Shown here piece by piece: positions 12,401 through 24,100 of a stretch of 64,000 bases of DNA. The notes beneath the pieces are model-generated. The model did not search any database. It was given only the letters and a program-made list of their open reading frames with translations, and was not told the DNA's origin. The DNA lies in NCBI GenBank assembly GCA_964247055.1, contig OZ176052.1, positions 3,286,001-3,350,000 of the forward strand, in the 5' to 3' direction. This stretch comes from Paragordius varius (Eukaryota > Animalia > Nematomorpha). A program made the translations under genes and the position numbers. Position 1 is the first letter of the stretch; the number at the start of each line of letters is the position of its first letter.

Positions 12401-15239
12401 AAATATATTATCAATATTAAGGATTTTTAACTCTAATTTACGGGTTAAAATTTAAATTTTCTAAATATGCATAGTTTTGTCACAATATATATGAGAGTAA
12501 CTATCAAAAAATTTATTAATTATATTCGGAGAATGGTTCGATACCTTATTTACATGTTGATTTCCCCTTAATCTGTTGAATGAGCTTAAATTACCCTTTA
12601 AAAAGTGTTATAATTAGAGAATGAACGAAAATATTCTAATTTTCTAACAGTTTTCAGTTATTTTTTGACAGATTTAAGAGTGGTGATCATATGTCTGATG
12701 CGTGCTCAATTTTATCCATAAAACGCAAATTTAAATATCTAATAGTTCCTACATTCCTTTATGTCAAGTCACATACTTTTATATGTTTTTTCACCATACT
12801 GTCGCTTTTAGTTTATCAAATACTTAAATATCAATAAATACGTTAATTCCTCCCTAAATTGTGTTAAGCCTTTTTGTGGCCTATTATGTAGTTTTATATC
12901 TGTTAACTGTAGTTAAATACCTAATATTCTTCTAAAAATAGATTTTACATTTATATTTGTTAGATTTAGTACTATTGTAAAATTTATGTTTAAATTTCAA
13001 CTCCCTTTTGAGACAACCCGCAATTAAGGTATTTGTTTGCACTCTTTACATTACACTTTAGTTTCATAATTGATTGAAATGTACCCAAGAAAAGAGAGCT
13101 GCATGGTATTTGCATAAAAATAGTTTTAAAGGAGATATTTTTAATATTTTTAATAATTTATTACAAAAACATGTGCCGTCATTATTTGTACATAGTCAAA
13201 AAGTATGAAAAGTTCTTAATGGCTTAGGTATTTGCAATTAGCATTCATTACGCTGCCATTCCTTAGTTACACAAAATCGCCTCAATGATAGTATAATTGT
13301 ATTGAGATATAAAATATGCGGCTAAAAAGTAAGAGTAAATTCCAATTATAGTTTGAAAAACAAGAAGAAACGAAAGAATGGAATTGACTAATGTCAAATG
13401 GAAATAATTAAGGACGTTTATAACTTTCCATTTTCTAAAGCACTCAACCGGCTTAATTATATATTGATACAATTATGATTGTATTTATCGATAATTAAGA
13501 TTAATATTCACATCATAAAGTCAAATGATGTACAAATCAGAAAAAATATCTGACGGAAAAATCTAATATTTCCGATATTAATATAAAAAAGTGGCGAAAA
13601 TACGACTTATCACAAAAGGTTTAAGACTTAAAAGTGGTCTTTATACGAGGAAAACAGAACTTATATAAGGGAAAATGGCTTTATAGCGAAAATTGAAAGG
13701 TAACCGTAAACCAAACCTTATCGGCTTAACGAAATCACGATTAAATTTAAAATTAGTAAATACCATAGACTAAATGTTATAGTATGATAATTAACTCAAT
13801 AAAAGCGCTTGAAAGACTGATACCATATGAATTTTTACTTTTTGGAATTTAAAAACCTTACGGTTTTTATAGCAAATCCTTATCTCTAACATATTGTGAA
13901 AGTTCAATCTATAAGAATTAATTTGTGTTTAAAAGTATGAATCCGCTTAAAACCTATATCCCGACAAGATTTTTTGGAGCCAAAAACCCTTTATTTTACT
14001 TAACCAATACTGATTAATTTAGGGATTTTCTTACCAAATATTATATAAAGGAATGTCAATAGTTTCATGAGCAAGGGTGAATAGTTTTTTACGTATATTT
14101 CTGACATATAATTAAAAAGTAATGGTTAATGCTATAAATGCTACAATTTTAGTATAATATTTTTATTATAAAATGATTTATTTGGTTTATAAATTTTTTG
14201 CGGGCCTTAAAATTTTTTGAAGCCGTGAACATCCCTGTTCTATTCTTACCTGCGTTGGCAAAATTATATTAGCTTAAATTAAGATTCATTTTTTCAAATA
14301 ATAATTAATTTTACAAATGCACTTTAACCATTATAGGCCAAATGCTTTTAATATTTTCAAATAAAAAATCAAGGTCAAAATTTCTTAAATGTTGTTTTTC
14401 ATTTGTTAGCGGTGAAGCTCTTTAAATTGCTTTTGGAAAATATCGATTAATTTTTAAAAAACAGCTTTTTTGCCATAAATTAGAACTTTATTTTGTTGTT
14501 TGGAAATGTGGTATTTACAAAATCATAATTTCAAAACGGTTGATTTACAATTTATTTATAATTTTTCGAATTATTTATTTAAAATTTTGCAATACAGGTG
14601 GATAAACTGTTTAAGCATTAAATTTAAAATTTCCAGTCGCAAAAATAATGAAATTATATTAAACCACGGGAAAATATGTTGCATTCGTAAAAGATGTTGT
14701 GCGCTAAAATCATGGAATGAGGAACTATTAAATGGAAACTAAAATCTAAGCTATGTAACCTATAGGAAAATAATTATCTAAGGTTTTTATTTGTGTTTTT
14801 TATTTCTAAAATAAATTGAAAAAAAATTCAAAGCCTTATAAAAAGCGAGATCCCTTGTCGGTTATAAACAGCGCTATCGGAGACATTAAAAACTTGTGCG
14901 GTTATTATTGACAAATCCATTATGCAGACATAAAAATGAAAAGTCGTCCAATTAGTCATTTTCAAAGATTTCGATTTAAATGAAAATAAGTTTTTTTAGA
15001 TAAATATATGTTGAACATTAAAAATATTATGGTTAAAAAAGGAGCATAATATTTCATTAAACGAATTTCCTTTGTTTACAAGTTTATTATTTTACTGAAT
15101 TCGGATAACAATTTCGTAGAAGATCTATAGCCCAATGCACTCTTTTTAATTTAAAATTAAAAGGAATATATATTTTATAGACGCTTTTTTTCCAAATAGT
15201 AAGAACTTAATTGTATTAAATGTTTAGAGAGACTTTTAA

Positions 15240-15450
15240 CACACACTTGCACAAGGCTAACAGTTATAATGGGAAAATTGTGCTGTTACGGGCCTTTATC
15301 ATTCTTAATCCATACTTTAAATTTTTAATTGTCATAGCTAATAGCCATAAATTGGATGCTAATTATTCACATGTTTAAAAATTTGCTTTTGGTTAAGCTT
15401 CTCATTTTTAGGATTAACTTTTATTTGTGCGAACTTTGTGCAAGATGTGC
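15240..15450. mobile_element. Possible small TTAA-flanked MITE
   Basis: TTAA|CACACACTTGCACAAGG ... CTTTGTGCAAGATGTGC|TTAA form an imperfect ~17-bp inverted repeat. Confidence 0.35.
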
Positions 15451-15626
15451 TTAATTGAAATTAATTATTCCTGTGAAAACAGCTGTTATTGTTGGTTTGC
15501 ATTTATTTTTCTTATAAGGCGCAATTTTTCAGATTGTAAGAGCCCATATTCATTAAAAAAATGCGCCTAAAACGAACAAAAGGTTGTCCGAATTTGACAC
15601 ACTAAGTGTATACATATATATATATA

Positions 15627-16663
15627 CCGGTATAGTAATTGGTCTTTAAAATTTTTATGGTAAAAATATGTAACTTTTGAAGAAATCCATTATACCCATC
15701 AGCTTATACCCAGTTCGCCCATCTCTCAGGTATTATAAGAATGCCATACTAGAAAAATGATTGTAATTTGCGGCAAACCATTCGTCAAGCCATAACGGCT
15801 ACAAAATATTGGAGTGCTGCGCTGCGCGCGTGATTCCCATTGATACATAGTGGTAATAGTCAAATAGCGTTAGGTCAGGAGAGTACAACGGATGCGGATT
15901 AGCTACCGAAAAGATTCAAAGGTATCTATCGCTGGTTTTTGCTGTGTAAGACGAAAAACTGTTATGTAGCCAAATCACCATGTCTTATGGCCCATTCGGT
16001 AGTTTTACAATTAATGCATGGGTCAAAATTATTTGTTGGCGATATTGTTGTGTATTAACGGTTTCTTGGGCTACAAATATTCATAATAACAATAACGCTC
16101 TGGTTTCACCAGACACAACATGGTCTTTACCAAGCGATTTGGTTGGTGTTGATGGACCGTCATGAAAACATTAAAGTTACGCACCATTTGCAATTTTTGA
16201 TTTGACGTTTATCCTTCCTTTTACCGTGGTGTTTCTCATTGCTCTTAGTCGGCTACTGATTGTTTTTTGTGATACACGTAATGCTTCTGTTTCCGTTGAG
16301 TTTAAGTTGAGTGAGTCATCCGATAATTGTTGTACTTTATCTTCTTTGCAGATATGTGGTTTATCAGCGCACCCACTTTTTTCACATTGAAATTAAATTT
16401 TTTCGTAACCATGTTTCACAGTTTTAATTGATGAAATGACTCTCGACATTTTTTATTCTGATGGCAATGCATGCCGAAAATGTTCTTTTTCAGGCAAAAA
16501 TTTCGACATGATTACTGTTTGATGAAATAAGACATACGTTTTACCGGAATCAACTGTGTGTTAATCTAATGTTATTTACATAAAATGGTGTGTCAAATTA
16601 GTCGTCTGCGTAATTTTCTGACTTTTTATCTCAGTTAAATCAATAATGACTTACGACTATACC
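15627..16663 (-). mobile_element. Decayed mariner (DD34D) transposon, Mos1/mauritiana-like
   Basis: Minus-strand fragments MSKFLPEKEHFRHAL, ALRVSQKTISSRLRAM, ETVNTQQYRQQI, PHPLYSPDLTLFDY (15857-15897) and WLDEWFAA (15771-15793) match Mos1 transposase motifs. Residual TIR GGTATAGT/ACTATACC with (TA)n on both flanks. Many stops and frameshifts. Confidence 0.9.
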
Positions 16664-17040
16664 TATATATATATATATAGGTAGCTTTAATATTTTTCAA
16701 GAGTATATATATTAAAAACCGTGACAAACTCCGATATCCAACTTCAGACCAATGGCCGCAATATTGCAATGATTAAAATATTTTATTTTATAATTACGTT
16801 AAAAATATGTAATAGTTTATAAAAATGTTTTTTTAATGTTAAAAAACCAGCTTTGCCGATTTTAATTCTACCACTTCTTTGTAAAAAAAACTTTTATATT
16901 AATTTACTAGCCATCATTTTTTAACTGTTTGAGAATAAACAGTTAATTTGTTTGAGAGATAATATTTTAATTACATAAGTTGGATGTACTTTTCCAAATT
17001 AAATAAATTTTAATTACTTAAAAAATTCATCTGCGCATAA

Positions 17041-17674
17041 TAACATTTATTGTACTTTACCAATCTCAAAAGTTAAAGATTATTAATATCTATTTGCCTA
17101 TTATAAATCAATCAAACCTACTTTGTTATTAATTGGGTTCTGATTCACTTTGTCTAATAAAAACATTTTATAATCAAATATGGTTTAATTATTATCATAT
17201 TAATATAAAACCAGAAAGAATCTTTAAGGATTATATATATACAAAATAATAAATCTTCCAGAATATAAAAATTTAAATTTGTTTTGCTAAATTTATTTTT
17301 TTTACATATAATTCTGTAACTTTGTTTTCAATTATCTGGCATTACTCTATTGTCCGTTTAATAACATTTATTGCTTACCAATCTCAAAAGTAAGATCATT
17401 AATATCTATTTGCCTAATATAAATCAATCAAACCTACTTTGTTATTAATTGGGTTCTGATTCACTTTGTCTAATAAAAACATTTTATGATCAAATAGGGT
17501 TTAATTATAATCCATTTAATATTAAACAAAAAGAATCTTTATATATATAAATAATTAAATTTTCCCAGAATATAAAAATTTAAATTTCTTAATTCGCTAA
17601 AATATATTTTTAATTTTTTTACATATAATTTCTCTAACTTTGTTGCTAAGTATTCTGGCATTATTCTATTGTCC
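17041..17674 (+). repeat. ~320-bp tandem duplication upstream of the formin gene
   Basis: 17041-17361 and 17362-17674 share long identical blocks, e.g. ATAAATCAATCAAACCTACTTTGTTATTAATTGGGTTCTGATTCACTTTGTCTAATAAAAACATTTTAT. Confidence 0.9.
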
Positions 17675-18146
17675 TCTGGTACTAATTCCAATTTTGCCCC
17701 AAAACATTTACTTTTTTATTTGATGCAAATATTTTTTTATGTTATCTGTGGGATAAATTATATTGTGTTAAAGTAATTAAATAACTTTAGTTGTTTGTTT
17801 GTTTTGGATTAAAAGATTTTTATGGAGGTTTATCTATCTAAAAATCATATTAAATAGAATGTGCCGTGCAATATAATTTGACACTTCAGTTATTGCTGCT
17901 TTTAACATCTATATGTTAGAAAGTTAACAAGACAGCTCAAGAAAAATTTTAGCATATTTTATTTAAAATTGTTTTTTTTCAATCTAAAGCTATTCCTTAA
18001 TGGTTAAATATTGTTCTGAAATCAAATAATTTATGCGAACTCATCATTATTCACGAAGGAGTAGTATATAGATAATTAATAATTTAGTTAGATTTTCATT
18101 AATTTTATTTTTTTCCACTCATAATATTTTTTGCAAAACTGTGATA

Positions 18147-21100
18147 ATGAACCGTATTCATTTATATGTTGCAGGTAAGCGCTTTTTTCTACAAGAATTT
18201 ATCCAACAAAATGGCCTACTTAACCACCCAGGAGAAGGACAGATTGACATTTTAAGTGGTGAAATTAATTCAGGAATACTATTTCTATTAGCCTACTACA
18301 CTATCATTATGGCATACTTATTAAAAAGATGGATTTTCCCCACCGATGATAACATCAGTGACATTTGCGACAAACTTGAAAATTCGACAACCGTTTCGTT
18401 ATTCCCTTCTTATCCTCCTGCTATCAATAAAATTGAGAATTTTATGGTTGCAGATAAATACGAAAACGTAAAGCAGAGTGCCATAGAAAACAGTACGAAT
18501 ATAGAGTCAATCAACACTCAAAATCAAAATCCTGACTCCTGTTTGAATATAAATAAGTCTGAAGAAAATGTGAATGGTATATGCATTACAATTAATGGTG
18601 AATTGTCGGAGAATGAAAAAATTAGTGAAGAGGATAATTCATGGAACAATGTAACGGATTTCGATATACTTTCCATGGGGTATAACGAGGACCAACTAGC
18701 AATAAAAAATGCAAAAAAGGAAGATTGTTTCCCAATTGAGGTAGTCAAAAAATTGATTGGTAGTTTAAAGAATAATAATCCACAAATTACGATGCAAACC
18801 CAGCAGGAGATTACGAATTTGTTGAAATGTCTCAATCAAACGCCAGATTATTATTATAATTCTACGCAACATGACAAGCCTGGAGAGATGACCCAACCTA
18901 ATATCGATATTGATGACATTAATATGATTTTTACATTTTTATTGGCGAGAATAGACAATTCACAGGCAAATTTCCAGATACTTCCTAATTTAGAAGTCGA
19001 ATTGGTTGAAAATCTAATCACTCTTTTATTGAAGCTGATAAAGTGTGATATGATACATTACGAATGGGTAAATAAGGACTGGGAATTAATGACAAACTTA
19101 TTAATAAAAGGTTAGTTTTTCCTTTTTATAAATATAAATAAGACCACATATGATATCATCTAGTATATAAGTTCTATTTTTGCGTAAAATTTATTATTTT
19201 AATCCTTTAAACTATGATGGTTTGAAATGTCACACTTAAAACAATAAAGGAATTAATGCTCTTAAAATGGTTATTTTACCGAAATATTTCAGGTATATTG
19301 TACATAAGCAGCTTTTTATATATTTGATTGATAAAATATTTTTGGCAAATATATAGATAAATACCTAACTTTACTAATGTAATTAAAAAAAAATTAAACT
19401 TATATATATAATGATTAAAATATTAAATTCTTGATATATGGTTGAACAATTTTAATTTTTGTTCCATTATTTTTGATATTTAAGCTTAATGAAAAAAATA
19501 GCTTTCCTACCCTAATATACTTTTTTAATCAAATTAATTATACATTATTTTTTTAAAAAAATTTTAGTAATACAAAGCAATCAGATAGCTTATAGTAAGA
19601 AAATTGGCATAATTGAAGCTCTTATGGTTCAAGGTGAAAGTAACCCAAAATTCTGTCCTATATTAATAAATGTCTTAATTCAAAATTCAAAGGTTAATAT
19701 ATATATTTTTTTTATAATATTAGCTATATAAAAAGCCCTTTCTAATCAAATATAGATGTAAAATTTTTTATATTTATAGTTCATATCCCAGCAATTTGAT
19801 GATATAAATGAAGCTTTACAGTCTCGAATCCTCCATATATTCGACAAAATTTTTAAAGTTTCCGAAAAGGAGGACCTGATGTCAGAAATATCTGATTTGG
19901 ATATCTATATTTTAGGTAGAGTTCATTTTAACTGCTAAAAACTTTATACATTTCAGTTCCATTTATAATTTTGCTGCTTAAAATTATAGATTACCTAATG
20001 GGAAGATGTATAATGAAATATGTACACCATCATAAATTTAACGATATATCACTAACCGGGATCGTAAATTTGCTACAAAGTATAAAAAAACGTCAATCGA
20101 GTCTAGCTTCCAGGGTGGAAAGAAGCTTGTCCTTATCCACTCTTTTCCTCAAAGTGCATTCCAGTGTATATGAAAAAAAAAATATTACGAAATCCTTTTT
20201 GTGTATTTAACTGCATAGCATGGACAGCAAAATTTGAAAATTAGTTTTGATGGGCTGAATTTGATTTTTTTGTCATAGGGTCATGGTTCCGCTTCTTTCC
20301 TTATATATATTCATGAGAGTGACTGTGGCGGCTTTTAAAATAACCAGCTCATAAGTTAAACATGTGTTTATCTTGTGATGTAAAATCATAAAAGACAAGA
20401 AAAATTTTTTTTCAATTAATAAATAAAAAATATTATAATTCTTTAAAATAACCAATCTTATACAACATAAAAAATGGTAGACCGAATATACAAAAAGAGC
20501 GTTCATTTGTATTTTAACCTATTTTTCGCTAATCATAATTATGAGCTATCAAATAACATGTCTATTGTGCAGATCGTACTTACATAAAAACTGAAATTAT
20601 ACGGACAAAACGTAAAAATATAAAGACACCTACTTTTTTTAAAAGACAACCGTACTTAAACAATTTAGATTTATATCAACAACTCATACGGAAAAGTGTG
20701 AAATAGAGATATATAATACTAACACAATTAATTCTATATTTTAAAATTGTAACTAAGTTGCTTATATGGGAAACATTGAGGTTTTAAAAAGTATGGTTGT
20801 CTTTTAGATAATTTGTCTTTATATTTTCACCTTTTGTCCGTATAATTTCAATTTTTATTGTATATCTAATTGATAAAATGTTCTTTCATCCCAATATTTT
20901 TTAGATCAAGGGAACATGGAAAGAAAACGTATGTTGCAAACTTTTTGCCAAATTGCTTGCAACAAATGATAATAAAAAGTAATTATATTTATTTTAAGGT
21001 TAGATATTAAAAAACAATCTTATAACATTTTTATCAGTCATCAAAATATTAAATACCATTCCCTTAAATTATCAGGATTATCATGGTTCTTTTCTTCAGT

Positions 21101-24100
21101 CCGGAGAATTTGTTGTGAATTATAATAGCTAGCGGTAAAGATGTATATTTGAACAAAAATAATGACTAAACGTATTTAATAAATCATAATTAACATTTAA
21201 TGAAAGATGCTTTATATTTTAAAAACTATTTATTTTAAATATTTTAGCCAATTAACCAAAGAACTAATAAATATGAATTTCAGATATTTAATAAATGTCC
21301 TAGATGGATTATAGTAATTTATAGCATCGATCTACTCTTAAAATGTATAAAATTACATCTCATTTGAATTAAACAAAAGTCGTTTTATCTGTTTAATCCA
21401 GACACTTTTAAAAAGTGAATGCATATTTCCAGATATTTTACAAGTACCTACTTATGCCCGGTAGGCCAAATATGTTTTATTTGGGAGGCCAATGCACTTT
21501 ACTTTTATAAATATTTATAAGTTGCTATTTTACAGTGAAACAGATGGTGTTTGGACGGACCTGAATACATTAATTGGATCAAATAAAGACGCTAAAGTTA
21601 TCAATAGTCATCATACGTCGACATTGTGCAATCGTAAGAAAATTTATTCTAAATCTTTGAAAATTAAAAAATCCGACCCTCGTATGCAACGAATTCGGAA
21701 ACGTTACTCATTTAATCGCGAAAGCTATTATACCGACAGCCCGAATTTTATATCACATTATGCAGACGCCTTGGATTTCAACAACAACAACCATATTAGA
21801 CAAGATGAGAAACGTGAATATTTCCAAGTCCATGATTCTACAAATGATACAAAAATTAGTAGAGAACCACCCTATTTCCCACAATCTAATTTCATACGAC
21901 AGTTTTCCCCTGTATCTTTTTCCGAATCCCGAGGAACAGAAACTACCGATGATGAATGTCACTTGGAAAATTTTTCAGAAGATGCACGAAATAATGTTAA
22001 TGAATCGCATGTGAATAAGTCGAAAAAACAAAATGACATAAACGCTATTAAGTTAAAGGATGAAACAGAAAATATTATATCTATCCCGCAAGCTCCCAAA
22101 CCCCCTCCGTTGCCAATAAACCTAAACGTATCGCTAAATAAAGGGAATCTTTTGTCATTTAATTCTGAGTTGCCAAAGGACAATGCCTCTACAGGGACCA
22201 AATCGTATGAAAAAACAACAAACAGTAAATGTCTATATTATGCAATCCAAATTAATTGTATAACTGATAACATTTTGATGTTATGTCAATCGTTATCCTA
22301 AGGTAATACAAATTAAAATTATTCCATGTTTTTAGAAGTGAATCCAGCCTCTATCAAAAGTCCACAAAGCTTAAATCTCAAATCACCACCACCCTTGCCT
22401 ATGCCAGATTGGATGCCTAACGATATAAACAGCAGCACTGTTTCAGAGCCCCTTACGCCAGTTACTCATAAATTTAGTCGAAAAATTAGTCAAAAATTGT
22501 GTTCAGATGATTTAGATGCATCTACACCGCTTAATAAATTACCCCAAGCAATTTGTGTTCCCAAACCAAAACATCGTATGAAAACGTTAAACTGGACAAA
22601 ACTGCCATCATCTGTTGTTAAGAGTATTTTATAATTTGCTACAATATTAGGGACTAGGGTGCGATTTATATAACTAATTTCTTAAGGATATATATGAAAC
22701 AGGTTTATAAAGCTTATTCTTTTTTATATCGAATCACATTGGAAACCGATTACGATTACCATTAGATTAAAATAATAAAAGCAATGAAAGACTTTAAACT
22801 TAACCACCTTTAATCATTCACACTTGGTTATACGATTGACTTAAAAACCAGAAAAATTCTTGCTATATAAAGTTGTATAAACTAATAAAACAAAAATATT
22901 AGATAAGGAATCGATTTGGACCAAAGTATTGACGCTTCCAAATTACGTGAAAATAAACTACGATGAATTGGAGGATTTGTTTTCAGCAAACAGTGCTCAG
23001 GATACACCGGTTAAACTTAAAACCTCTAATGGGACCAAGGATAATTGCGAAGTTCGCCTTAAATAAACTTAAAAATATATGTCTCTCTCAATGTTGTTAT
23101 TTTATTTTTAACAAGGTAATAAATCATGGTTGTGTATACAGTAGACCTAGTAGTTCCCAAAAGGGGGGCGCAAAAAATTTGAAGAATTTAGATAAAAAAT
23201 AAAACTAGAGACATTGAAGAAATTCAGGTGCGAATTATTAAGTTTTGTCACCGATATGGAAAAATATTTTTAAAAATGCAGATATAAGGATCTCATTGAT
23301 TGGGATTTTATAATATATTTTACTTTTTTATCTTTTTTAGGGGGCGCAAGAATTTTTATTTTTAATTTGGTGGGGCGTGAACAAAAAAGAACCATACTCT
23401 TTGATAATGAATTATCAAATAAACAGTTAAATTACACGCTGACCATTTCCGATTAATAAGGCCTTAATTTTTAAATTATAATCGTTTAAAGTTGAGTATA
23501 ACTTTCGTATGTGTTGGGTGTTTTGGATACCTCATAATAAGCCAAAGATATAAAAATATATCTTTTAAATAAATTATTAAAAATTATTATATATTAATTT
23601 AATATATAAATTTAATTTTTTTATTTTTAATGGGTCACAAATTATGAACCAAGTTTTTCCCAAAATTGGAATCATTAAACCGGGGATATTACTGTAAAAT
23701 ATATTTTTTTGTCAGATAAACTTGTTGGATTACAAAAGAAGCATGAATGTCAACATATTACTCAAACAGTTTAAATTGCCATTACAATCCATTCTTAAAC
23801 TCATCAGGGAAGGAAAACACAAAGAAATTGGGTCTGATCGTTTACGCGGACTAGTCAATATACTCCCTGATAAAAATGAAGTTTTTTAAATTTCTAAATA
23901 ATCCTATTTTACTTGAACGCTGTAATCAATATGCGAAAGTTAAAAATATGCAGTGTAGTTTACCATGATCTATTAAAATACACAATGGATAATTTAAAGC
24001 GAGTTTTACTTTTTAATGTCCTTGTGAAAAAAAACTCTTTAAGATATACCATTTACACCTCGAATTTACCCAAAATATTTATGTTTTTTGTAAAATAAAA

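Noticed and set aside
10000-15200. Short AT-rich ORFs in the RAD21-formin intergenic region
   Set aside because: They have low-complexity I/F/K/N composition typical of random AT-rich DNA, and no coherent gene model. A small divergent gene cannot be excluded.
21116-21118. Apparent in-frame TGA in a formin 5' exon (selenocysteine or pseudogene?)
   Set aside because: A phase-2 donor TT|GTGAAT at 21115 removes it and matches the phase of the next exon.
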